A stretch of 48,743 nucleotides of DNA, taken from the NCBI GenBank assembly GCA_001661245.1, contig KV454018.1, positions 693,569-742,311 of the forward strand, written 5' to 3'. Of the stretch, positions 21,452 to 31,093 are shown piece after piece. A program made the translations under genes and the position numbers. Positions within the stretch are counted from its first letter, which is position 1. Every line of letters begins with the position of its first letter. The notes below the pieces were generated by a model. That model was given only the letters and a program-made list of their open reading frames with translations, did not search any database and was not told the DNA's origin. Source of the stretch: Pachysolen tannophilus NRRL Y-2460 (lineage: Eukaryota).

Positions 21452-21698
21452 AATGGAATTAGTTTTAAATTTTTTGGATATTCTTCTCTGTAGCTAAGAT
21501 AAACCAAGTATATTATGAAAACTCCTGTACTCAATATTTTGTTCTTTTATTTTTTCAAAGTTGAAATAAAAAATGTCCAAAATTCAATAAACTCATTGAG
21601 TTCCTTTCAGATTGTGCAATCTCTTATACAGTCAATCCAGAGCTATTTCATTCATTTCAATTCATTTCAAATGGCTGTAATCGTCAGAGTTAATGATT

Positions 21699-21752
21699 AC
21701 ACAAATGCATCTTTATGCGGTTTTCATGTTCCGGAGTTCACTGTGCGGCTCA
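21699..21752 (+). promoter_or_regulatory. MSE-like ACACAAAT plus TGTGCGGCTCA upstream of protein A
   Basis: ACACAAA at 21699-21705 and TGTGCGGCTCA at 21742-21752. The same pair recurs upstream of proteins B, C and D. Confidence 0.5.
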
Positions 21753-21900
21753 ACCAAAGAAAAACGGATGGATCAAAAGCTTGTCATGGCGACCACAAAC
21801 CAAATGTCAATCTAAGAGGCAAGAGAAGCTTCAGAGCAAGTAATACAGTGAGAGTGACGCATGAGTAAGAGTGTATATGATTATCGGTTGAATAAATAAT

Positions 21901-21933
21901 AATGAAAGTATACATTTGTTGTATACTTTCATT
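21901..21933. repeat. Perfect 14-bp inverted repeat with 5-nt spacer in the IND1 3' region
   Basis: AATGAAAGTATACA-TTTGT-TGTATACTTTCATT. Confidence 0.85.
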
Positions 21934-21978
21934 TTGAATAATTTATATATATACTGATTATTTGCAAAGATTTTTTTT

Positions 21979-22993
21979 TTATAATAGTAACTTTCTCTTA
22001 ACTTGGTCAGCAATATCAAGGTATTTCTTAGAAATCTCATTGTTTGGATTGATGAGAACAATTGGTTTGCCAGAATCTGAATTAAGGCAAATTTCTTCAT
22101 CCAATGGAATTTCGCCTAGTAATTCAATTTTTTCCTTTGTAGCTTCGTTTTTCTTAATACCAGAACCACCAAATATGTGAGATTCATGATTACAATTTGG
22201 ACATTTAAAATAACTCATATTTTCCACCATCCCCATTATTGGAATATTAACTTTTTTAAACATAGTTATACCTTTTATTGCATCGATCAATGCTATATCT
22301 TGAGGTGTTGACACAATAATTGCTCCATTAACCTTGACCTGCTGACTAATGGTCAATTGAGTGTCTCCCGTACCAGGAGGCATATCAATTACTAAGACAT
22401 CTAAATCATTCCATTTAACATCAAATAACAACTGTTGTAGAGCCTTCATAACCATCAATCCTCTCCATACTATAGCACTTGATTCTTGAGAAATTAAGTA
22501 TCCCATAGACATGGTTTCTATACCATAATTCACCAATGGCAACAACTTTCCATCATTGTTTGACAATCGTGGTTCCCCACGTAAATTCATCAATTTCGGA
22601 ATTGAAGGTCCAAATATATCTGCATCTAATAAACCTGTTTTCAAGTTCAATTTTTGAAGAGATAGTGCTAAGTTAACAGCTACAGTCGATTTACCAACAC
22701 CACCTTTACCTGAAGCCACTAACAAGACCTTCTTCACACCTGGAATATTCTGTCTTATCGGTAAACCTTTCGACATACCTGATGTATTCGAATTCTTCTT
22801 CGGAAGACCCTGTAAATCATGTAAATTAAACAACGTTAGTACTGCTTTAGCTTTTAATCATTTAATATATCAACTTCAAAAAGCAAGCAAAAAAAAAACC
22901 ACATACTAATGGATTCTCATGGCTATAGAATCGTCTGGCTACTTGAAACCCCCTTCTGCTATCCAATAGCATCTTATAAGCGTTATTAAACAT
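21979..22993 (-). CDS. IND1: Mitochondrial Mrp/NBP35-family Fe-S protein Ind1/NUBPL, 2 exons (22993-22907, 22809-21979), 305 aa
   Basis: Intron 22906-22810 (GTATGT...TACTAAC...CAG) joins a presequence exon ending HENPL to GLP. Motifs SGKGGVGKST, DADIFGPSIP, WRGLMVMKA, DMPPGTGD and CPNC. Confidence 0.93.
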
Positions 22994-23169
22994 TGTAATC
23001 AATAATTTAAAAATGAACTTCTTATCACCATCTATTTTTCACAATTTTTCACTTAAATGTGAAAAATTCAAAAATTGATGATGCTTTAATTAATACCGTT
23101 TTAATTATACTTCAAACAATTGAAACATTTGGAAAATTAATCGTGCTCGTCATTATATGCTATCTGGAG

Positions 23170-24651
23170 ATGTTTATTGCAATGGCTGGATGGTCCAAGG
23201 GAGGGATACTACATGTGAGGTTCAATTCTACTTATCTTTCGCCAACAATCTATGCGTTGTCGACCATAATGGGGAGATCAGCTATTGGAGTTATTAGAGT
23301 ATCAGGACCAGCAACAACAAATATACTTAAAGCATTGACTTTGAAGAAGGGAGTTCCCAGACCTAGGCTTGCTAGTGTGAGGAAGCTTTATAATCCAAAA
23401 GATGGGGTGATGTTAGATGAGGCCTTGACGATATTTTTCCAATCTCCAAAGTCATATACAGGTGAAGATTTGCTGGAGTTACATGTTCATGGAGGAACTG
23501 CTGTGATAAAATCTGTGTTAGCTGCCATTAGAAATTTGCATACTCCACAGGCACCTATTAGATATGCTGAAAATGGTGAATTTTCCAAGAGAGCGTTTCA
23601 AAATGGAAGGTTTGATCTTACTGAAGTTGAAGGAATAAGAGAATTAACAGATGCAGAAACTGAATCTCAAAGAATAAGTGCATTATCATCGATGAAGGGA
23701 GAAACAAGGCAGCTTTTCCATCATTGGAGAGAAGAGATTGTTAAGAATGTGGCTTTGTTGACAACAGTTATCGATTTTGGTGAAGATCATGATATTGAAG
23801 AAGTTAATGATTTGTTTGACACAGTAGAAAAAAATATTAACAAATTAGAATCCGAAATTAATGAATATTTAAATAGAGTTAAAAGGTCAGAGATATTATT
23901 GAAAGGAATCAAAGTGATTTTATTGGGTCCACCTAATGCTGGGAAATCTTCTTTATTAAATTACTTGGCTGATAAAGAAGCTGCAATAGTAAGCGATATA
24001 GAAGGAACTACAAGAGATACTATTGATATTCCTTTAGATATCAATGGATATAAAGTATTGATAGGAGATACTGCTGGTATTAGGTCATTGGCAAATGTAG
24101 GGAAAATTGAAAAAGAAGGTATAAGAAGAGCTAAGTTGAAATCAGTGGATGGTGATTTGGTACTAGTGGTCTTGCCATTAGATAAAAGTAACGTTGAACA
24201 AGAATTAATTGAACATGTAAATGAATTAAAATTAAAGAAACCAGTATTAGTTATATTAAATAAATCAGATTTAATAAGAAATTCACAAGAAATAGTTGAA
24301 AATTATCAAAAAATATTTAATCTACCAGCATCATCTTTCAAAATAATATCATGTATATCTGGGGAAGGAATTACAGAACTCATTTCATCATTAACTCAAT
24401 TTTTTAAAAAAATAACAGTAACAGAGTCCACTGATCCAATCATCATATCTCAAAGATCTCAAGATATTTTAAGCAACGATGTATTATATGGATTTGACGA
24501 GTTCAAATCTTATAAGAGACAAGACGATGTTGTGTTAGCCACTGAAAGCCTAAGATATTCAATTGAAGGAATTGGTAAAATAACTGGTGAAACCGTTGGT
24601 ATTGAAGAAATTCTTGGTGTAGTCTTTTCAAGTTTTTGTATAGGTAAATGA
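23170..24651 (+). CDS. MSS1: Mitochondrial tRNA modification GTPase (MnmE/TrmE family)
   Basis: TIYALST, SYTGED..ELHVHGG, GEFSKRAF, GPPNAGKSS, GTTRD, DTAGIR, NKSD and C-terminal FSSFCIGK. First in-frame ATG is 23170 (the ORF track starts at a GTG). Confidence 0.94.
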   Translation: MFIAMAGWSKGGILHVRFNSTYLSPTIYALSTIMGRSAIGVIRVSGPATTNILKALTLKKGVPRPRLASVRKLYNPKDGVMLDEALTIFFQSPKSYTGEDLLELHVHGGTAVIKSVLAAIRNLHTPQAPIRYAENGEFSKRAFQNGRFDLTEVEGIRELTDAETESQRISALSSMKGETRQLFHHWREEIVKNVALLTTVIDFGEDHDIEEVNDLFDTVEKNINKLESEINEYLNRVKRSEILLKGIKVILLGPPNAGKSSLLNYLADKEAAIVSDIEGTTRDTIDIPLDINGYKVLIGDTAGIRSLANVGKIEKEGIRRAKLKSVDGDLVLVVLPLDKSNVEQELIEHVNELKLKKPVLVILNKSDLIRNSQEIVENYQKIFNLPASSFKIISCISGEGITELISSLTQFFKKITVTESTDPIIISQRSQDILSNDVLYGFDEFKSYKRQDDVVLATESLRYSIEGIGKITGETVGIEEILGVVFSSFCIGK

Positions 24652-24673
24652 AAAGTAACAAATTTACAAACTT

Positions 24674-25131
24674 TTATTTCTTAAAATACCTTCTTGATCG
24701 TACTTCTAACTCTTTTGACCATTCACAAATTTCATCTGTTAGAGTTTCTAACTTATCAACATAATTTTCCAAAGATTTTATCTTAGAATCCATTTGTTCA
24801 AAATCCATTTCTTAAAGCAAAAGTTAGTTTAATTATAATAGTTGAAATAGCCTATAAAAACATTGAATAACATAAACTTACGAATATCTTCTGAATCCTT
24901 AATATCCTCATCTATTTCATTGAAAGTCTTTTCAAAACTTTTATATTTCAAAGAAGCAGTATTGTTTAAATTCTCTAAACTGCTCAAATCAACCAACGAA
25001 CTATCAATATCTAACTCAATGATTTTTTTAATACTTTCAAAAGATTCACTTATTAAAACCTGTGGCGATTTTACAGGTTGATCACTCGAAGAAACCTTAT
25101 TCCTTTGCTGCGAAGATGATGGTCTTGACAT
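24674..25131 (-). CDS. BLOC-1 subunit (Bli1/BLOC1S2-like coiled-coil), 2 exons (25131-24882, 24810-24674), 128 aa
   Basis: Intron 24881-24811 (GTAAGT...AACTAAC...AAG) gives the C-terminus KIKSLENYVDKLETLTDEICEWSKELEVRSRR, which matches the recalled LE..V.EL.EWS.ELE pattern. Confidence 0.65.
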
Positions 25132-25449
25132 TCTTCATCAATTCATCAATTCATCGATTAATTCTATCACGAATTTATTGGTATTATTTAATTAATCAGT
25201 ATTTAATACCTGCATAGAAAATGAGACTTTTCAAAAAGGTTTAAATTCACTTTAATTTAAACAAATTCTCTACGAGAGTTCCACAACGACCATTAAGAAC
25301 TAAGGAGTAAGGAGGATTAGAAGAGATTCCAATTGCTACTAATCTACTGAGCTTAAAAATTCTATATAAATAATTGGTAACTTAACTTGAAAAAATCAAT
25401 ATAAAAAAAAATACTTTATATACTGTATATTAGCTCTTTTAAGCTAGTA

Positions 25450-28400
25450 TTAGCTCTTTGAGCTAGAGCTTTCTTCAAGATATCCACCTTGCTTACACAA
25501 GTTATGAAAAATGCTGTCCTTATTGGCTAATAAGTTAGCTGGTGTGTCAAACTCTGCAACACGGCCTTTTTCCAAAACTATCACTCTGTCGCTATCCAAG
25601 ACCGTTTCCAATCTATGTGCAATGGTTAATATTGTTTTATCTTTGAATTCACTTCTAATAGTTTGTTGAAGAATCTTATCTGTTTGCACATCAACAGCGG
25701 CTGTAGCTTCATCCAATATTAATAATTTGGAAGGGTTCAATAATGCTCTTGCAAGACACATCAATTGTCTTTGTCCTACAGACAAGTTACCACCACCCTC
25801 TGAAACTTTAACATCTAAGGCAGATTCTAAGACTTCATAATCCTTTTCGATGCTATCTTGTGCCATTGATAAAACATGGTCTTTTAAATGTGATAGTTCC
25901 AAAACTCTCCATAGTTCTTCTTCTGGATATTGACCAAATGGGTCGAGGTTTTGTCTAATAGTACCTTCTAGTGCCTGAGAATCCTGAGGAATAATACTTA
26001 ACTTATGTCTTAAATCATATAAACCAATCTCGCTAATATCGATGTCATCAATTTCAATATTTCCCTCTGTAGCTTCAATCAATCTGAAAATGGCCATTGT
26101 TAAAGTTGATTTACCAGCTCCTGTTCTACCTACAATACCAATTTTTTCTTTTGATTTAATATCCAAGTTGATATCATTTAAAACAGGATCCAAATTGGCT
26201 CTGTATTTAGTGGAATAATGATTGAATTTAACTCTTCCTTGAGATGGCCAGAAAGGTGGTGGTCTGTGACCTTCGACAATTGGTAGGGCTTCAGACTTCA
26301 ACTTTGAGTACTCCAATACTCTTTCGACACAAACGATATTGGATTCAACGTCAACTATACTTTTAACAAGCCAATTCAAAGAATCTGTGATTTGTAAAGC
26401 ATAACTCATGACTAAACCGACCAGCCCTGAAGATAAAGGTTTATTTGTTCCAATAGTAAGAAGAGAAAGAACAGAAGCCGCAAAAATAACTATAGAACCA
26501 ATTAATTGTAACCTTGAAGCTAACCATCTATTGGTAGTTCTGAATGTGTAGGTTGCTCTCATATTAATGTCAATATTAGCACTATTCATAAAGTTAAATC
26601 TTTCTACTTGTCTGTAAGCCCTAATCGTGTCGCAACCATTTAAACTCTCTTGAAGATGAGCAAAAATGGGACTAAGTGTTATACTAGCTATTCTTTTTAA
26701 TTGTCTTGAAGTTTCAAGATAATATTTCTGATAGTATAAATAACATATCGACAAGAAAATCATAATGATAATGAATATTGGCATAGAATAAATGATAACA
26801 AGACCCATGAACAAGGTTCTTACCGAAGCACCAAAAACACCTGAAAACATTCTAGGAAGCATTTCATCAATTTTGTTGATATCATTTGAGAATCTATTCA
26901 TAATTCTTCCAATTGGTGTGGTTTCAAAGAATGACATTGGCGACCTCATTACTGCTCTAGCCATATTATCATGCAATATTTTAGAAGCTCTGATGCAACA
27001 CAATAACCACAAGACTAATGCTCTAATGAAAAGTGTGAAGTCTGATGACATACCCAAGAGGGCATAAATACCAACAAATTTGAAAACATTATCGTTAAAC
27101 CCATTTGCAACATTACTCTCAGACCAGATTTTTAACCAAAAACTACTAGCAACAGATAATGAGGTTGTTAGAAAAGTTAAGAAGATAAGCAAGTTTACAC
27201 CAAAGTATCCACATGATTTTGCATACGACATATATACTGACCATTGAACTTTTCCCTTTTGCATTTTTTCAACCTCTTGTGCTGATCTTCTACTTTGATT
27301 GGTGTTACTTTCCAGCGGGTTTCTTTGATACGAATCCATACTTGCTCTTCTTAAAGATTGATGACTAAGAGTGACAGTTAAAGGTATCTCTTCAAGCAGA
27401 ATTGGAACTGAACTACCACTGCGATCATATTCAGGACCATTATATAGCTCTATCTCCTTCACAACGTCTTCGAATTCATCGTCTTCTTTTTTCAAGTTTT
27501 CATCATCTGCTTCTCCTGTTGCATCTTGTACCGTAGTGGTGGCAGATAATTTCGTCTCGCTATCAGATTCTACGACTTCGTTTAATGTTTCTTCTAAATC
27601 ATGATCTTGTGAATCATCCCGAGAAAAATCAGTGATCAATGTGTACAATGCAGATTTATTGCTCATAACTTGATCGTATGATCCACTCTCAACTATCTTT
27701 CCATCTGATAACAGTACAATACTTTTAGCATGTTTTAAGACAGAAATAGAATTAGTAGCTAATATGATAGTCTTTGATGAAAGTAATCCAGTTCCGCTAA
27801 ATAGTTGATCAACAATGTTTTGTCCGACATGAGCATCTACAGCAGATAACACATCATCTAAAAGATATACATCAGCTCTTGCGTAAACGGTTCGAGCTAA
27901 AGAAATTCTGGCCTTTTGCCCTCCACTCAATGAAATACCTTTCTCGCCAACTATTGTGGCATCACCATCAGGTAGAGTCTTTAAATCATCAAGTAACTGA
28001 CAACTTTCAATAGTCCTTTGGTAAAAATCTGGTTCATACTTGGTACCAAACAATATATTTGCTTTAACAGAGGCATTCATGACCCATGGGACTTGTGAAC
28101 AGTATGCTACAGACCCCAGAACTTTAACTTCCACTGGTCTCGTATTATTAGCTGGAACATATACTAATTTTCCCAATAAAGCCTGAATAAAAGAGGACTT
28201 ACCACTCCCAACTTTTCCAACAATACAAGATAGTTCGCCTTTTCTGGCAGTGAAATTTATACCCGTCAACGCAGCTTTAGGTGATGATAACTCACTTTCA
28301 TCATTATCATAATAATAGCCATGTCCATCTACAAAAGGTTTTGACCATAGAAAAGTTGCGTTTGAAACTTTAACAGAAACTTCACCCAAATGATGGACTT

Positions 28401-30279
28401 TTGGTAATGGCTTGAAAAGTTCAGGATCTAGCTCATCGCTTGTTAAAAATGCTGAAATTCTTCTCAATGCCACCGAGGTTTCTATCAAAGCTGTGACCAC
28501 ATTTGGAACATCGAAAAATGGTTCTGATATCAAATTAAATAAAGACAAAGCTGGAAATACAAGATCTGGAGTTAATGGATTACTTGAAGTAAACGCAAAT
28601 GCAGAAAAAATTGCACATGAAATGAAAAATGGAATAGACGACCAAATAAAATGAACCAAACCGCTATATGCCCCTATTTTTTCCATAATCTTTAGTTCTT
28701 TATTATTTCTTATATCTTCCAAATTCAGAAGCATTGGATTCTCCCAAGAATATAGCTTAATACTTTTGATAGACGTCAATATCTCATTTGTTGCCTTAGT
28801 TCTAGCATCCTTGTAGGTCATCTGGAGCTTATACAAATCTTTCAAAGTTCTTACTAAGAAAGTATTCACAGGAATAACTATCAAGATAATAATAACAGAG
28901 CTGAATATGGATTTCCCTAATAACAGGTACAAAGAAATCAAAGCTAAAAATAATTTTGTTGGAGCTGAAACTAATGTTTGAAATTGCATAAACAATTCTT
29001 GGAGTCTAGTGACATCGACAGAGACTAAGTTTACAATATCTCCAGTGTTATTTTTCTTCTGAGATTCAGTAGATAGCCTTAAAGCTTTTTGATAGACTAG
29101 AGACATTAAACCAGACTTAGCACGTAATCCAGCTTCAAAAGTCAACAATGCAAAATAGTTGAAAACTATAATTTTCAACATCGAAATAACAAACATAAGT
29201 AATGAGATACCAAGCCCAAGAACTACTGGTCTTTGATGACCAGGTACAAAAAATGAAATTAAAAGACCTAAGAACTGTGGTTGAATAACAGATAAGGCCC
29301 CATCAACAAAATTAAGAAATAAAGAGATGATTAAAATTTTGAAAACAGTTTTAAACACTGCCATAGATAAGGAAGGGTTAATGGGGTTTTTCCTTAATTC
29401 ATGTTCCCAGTTTTCGGATAATTTAGCCACTGCCTCGTCTGTGTATTGAAACCCTATAGGATAAGGTATATCTTCCTCTGTAATACCTTCTTCTGTAGTT
29501 GCTTTAACCATAAACTTGTTTAAGTACGAGAATGTAATTTCTGATATTATATTTGGAACTTCTAAATTAAGTTCACTTACTCTATAATAATGTATCAATT
29601 GCCTAGAAGGTGACCAACGAGCATATTCCATATAGAGTATGAATATGGAATTTATCAACAGTAAAAACTCAATTCCAGTCATCAATTTAGAATTTCCAAC
29701 AAGTTTGTGATCAGAGAAAATTTGTTGGATCATCACCACACAATTTAAAAAAATATGTAAAGGCCAATATAATAACAAACTAGCACTTGCTGTAACTCTA
29801 CTAACAACTTCAACAGAATGTAAAGGTAAAAAAACGAAAAGTATTGTTAAAAAAGTTATCCCATAACCTATACTTTTAGTATCTGTGAATGACAAATTTT
29901 GGTCTCCATGATGTAAATGAGACGTTATTATAAAGTATAATAGGCCTTGTAAAAAGACTGAAAACATCCTTATCCAATGATACCCTCCTGTATTCCTCAA
30001 CCCTAACCCTCCAAAATTATTCTTATAGAACAAAGATTGAATTAATTGGAAAACCCCTAACGATGCAAAAGAAAGCGACAAGATGGTAAATAGCAGAGAT
30101 ATAAAACAAGGACTAAGTGCATTACTGTCTTGTGAAACCAAAGGATACCATGATCCACATGAATTGTTCCAATTCATATCCGAATGAATGTTGACCCCAG
30201 CAACATGAATATCTCTACTTTGAATAAAGAAATATTGATGATTCTCAATATTAGATTTCGCATACTCTCCAATGCTCAT
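25450..30279 (-). CDS. YCF1: Vacuolar ABCC/MRP transporter, Ycf1/Mlt1-like (copy 1)
   Basis: TMD0-TMD1-NBD1-TMD2-NBD2 layout; GKVGSGKSS, LSGGQKAR, DDVLSAVDAHVG, LRRAS linker, GRTGAGKS, LSVGQRQL and DEATAAVD. First in-frame ATG is 30279. Orthology to YCF1 versus close paralogues is not resolved. Confidence 0.88.
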   Translation of the reverse strand: MSIGEYAKSNIENHQYFFIQSRDIHVAGVNIHSDMNWNNSCGSWYPLVSQDSNALSPCFISLLFTILSLSFASLGVFQLIQSLFYKNNFGGLGLRNTGGYHWIRMFSVFLQGLLYFIITSHLHHGDQNLSFTDTKSIGYGITFLTILFVFLPLHSVEVVSRVTASASLLLYWPLHIFLNCVVMIQQIFSDHKLVGNSKLMTGIEFLLLINSIFILYMEYARWSPSRQLIHYYRVSELNLEVPNIISEITFSYLNKFMVKATTEEGITEEDIPYPIGFQYTDEAVAKLSENWEHELRKNPINPSLSMAVFKTVFKILIISLFLNFVDGALSVIQPQFLGLLISFFVPGHQRPVVLGLGISLLMFVISMLKIIVFNYFALLTFEAGLRAKSGLMSLVYQKALRLSTESQKKNNTGDIVNLVSVDVTRLQELFMQFQTLVSAPTKLFLALISLYLLLGKSIFSSVIIILIVIPVNTFLVRTLKDLYKLQMTYKDARTKATNEILTSIKSIKLYSWENPMLLNLEDIRNNKELKIMEKIGAYSGLVHFIWSSIPFFISCAIFSAFAFTSSNPLTPDLVFPALSLFNLISEPFFDVPNVVTALIETSVALRRISAFLTSDELDPELFKPLPKVHHLGEVSVKVSNATFLWSKPFVDGHGYYYDNDESELSSPKAALTGINFTARKGELSCIVGKVGSGKSSFIQALLGKLVYVPANNTRPVEVKVLGSVAYCSQVPWVMNASVKANILFGTKYEPDFYQRTIESCQLLDDLKTLPDGDATIVGEKGISLSGGQKARISLARTVYARADVYLLDDVLSAVDAHVGQNIVDQLFSGTGLLSSKTIILATNSISVLKHAKSIVLLSDGKIVESGSYDQVMSNKSALYTLITDFSRDDSQDHDLEETLNEVVESDSETKLSATTTVQDATGEADDENLKKEDDEFEDVVKEIELYNGPEYDRSGSSVPILLEEIPLTVTLSHQSLRRASMDSYQRNPLESNTNQSRRSAQEVEKMQKGKVQWSVYMSYAKSCGYFGVNLLIFLTFLTTSLSVASSFWLKIWSESNVANGFNDNVFKFVGIYALLGMSSDFTLFIRALVLWLLCCIRASKILHDNMARAVMRSPMSFFETTPIGRIMNRFSNDINKIDEMLPRMFSGVFGASVRTLFMGLVIIYSMPIFIIIMIFLSICYLYYQKYYLETSRQLKRIASITLSPIFAHLQESLNGCDTIRAYRQVERFNFMNSANIDINMRATYTFRTTNRWLASRLQLIGSIVIFAASVLSLLTIGTNKPLSSGLVGLVMSYALQITDSLNWLVKSIVDVESNIVCVERVLEYSKLKSEALPIVEGHRPPPFWPSQGRVKFNHYSTKYRANLDPVLNDINLDIKSKEKIGIVGRTGAGKSTLTMAIFRLIEATEGNIEIDDIDISEIGLYDLRHKLSIIPQDSQALEGTIRQNLDPFGQYPEEELWRVLELSHLKDHVLSMAQDSIEKDYEVLESALDVKVSEGGGNLSVGQRQLMCLARALLNPSKLLILDEATAAVDVQTDKILQQTIRSEFKDKTILTIAHRLETVLDSDRVIVLEKGRVAEFDTPANLLANKDSIFHNLCKQGGYLEESSSSKS

Positions 30280-31093
30280 TATCGATCCTCCAAACCGAAA
30301 ATTGAATAATTGAAAATATGAAAAATTTGAAAAATCAATAATACCAACCAACTTCTCTCTTTATCTATATATATAAATATACATAGATAAAAGTAAAAGC
30401 AGGAAAACCAATTACACAACAACCACTAGTATTACTTTTACTTTATCTAAATCACTAATATGCTCCTGATAACATTTGATCTTTCCAAAAACGAAAATAT
30501 ATATAGTTGCAAGTAATAAGTAGTAGTTGTATCTTTTGAATATTATCTATCACTTGCTGTTGCCAGCCTGCTTAGTTTACGGCTCCCTGTAGCTTCATTT
30601 CCTGACAACTTGCATATAAGATGCATAACCATACATGAAGTATTAATTAATTTCTTCAAGTTCCCGTTCAAATAAGTTTAGATTTGAGCGATATGCCACA
30701 GGATTGGAGTGTTAGTTAGAGTTATAGTTAGTTAGTTGGTGTGTTCTTTTGGAAATTTTGCTTAGCAGCTATTCACCAATTTATATTTTGAAGAAACTCC
30801 GGTGAAAATTTTGACTGCAAAAGTACGTTCTTGGTTATCTCCGGTTCTCTTTGATTTTCCAAATTGATCGACTATATAATGGGAAGAAAGACGACTGATT
30901 CAAGTTGATACTTCAAAAGGTATTATAATAATAATATTTACGTTCAAAAAATTTTCTTAATATTAGTTTATAGTATCTGTAGTGCTACGGTGTATGGGAA
31001 AGTTGGAATGACCCATTGCATATCAAAAATATGTATTTACATGCGAACGAATAAATAATAATAATAAATGGAAAAAAAAAACATTATATAGGG

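Noticed and set aside
21515..21868. 117-aa plus-strand ORF divergent from protein A
   Set aside because: It overlies the shared promoter motifs and has no recognisable domain. It cannot be excluded but is unsupported.
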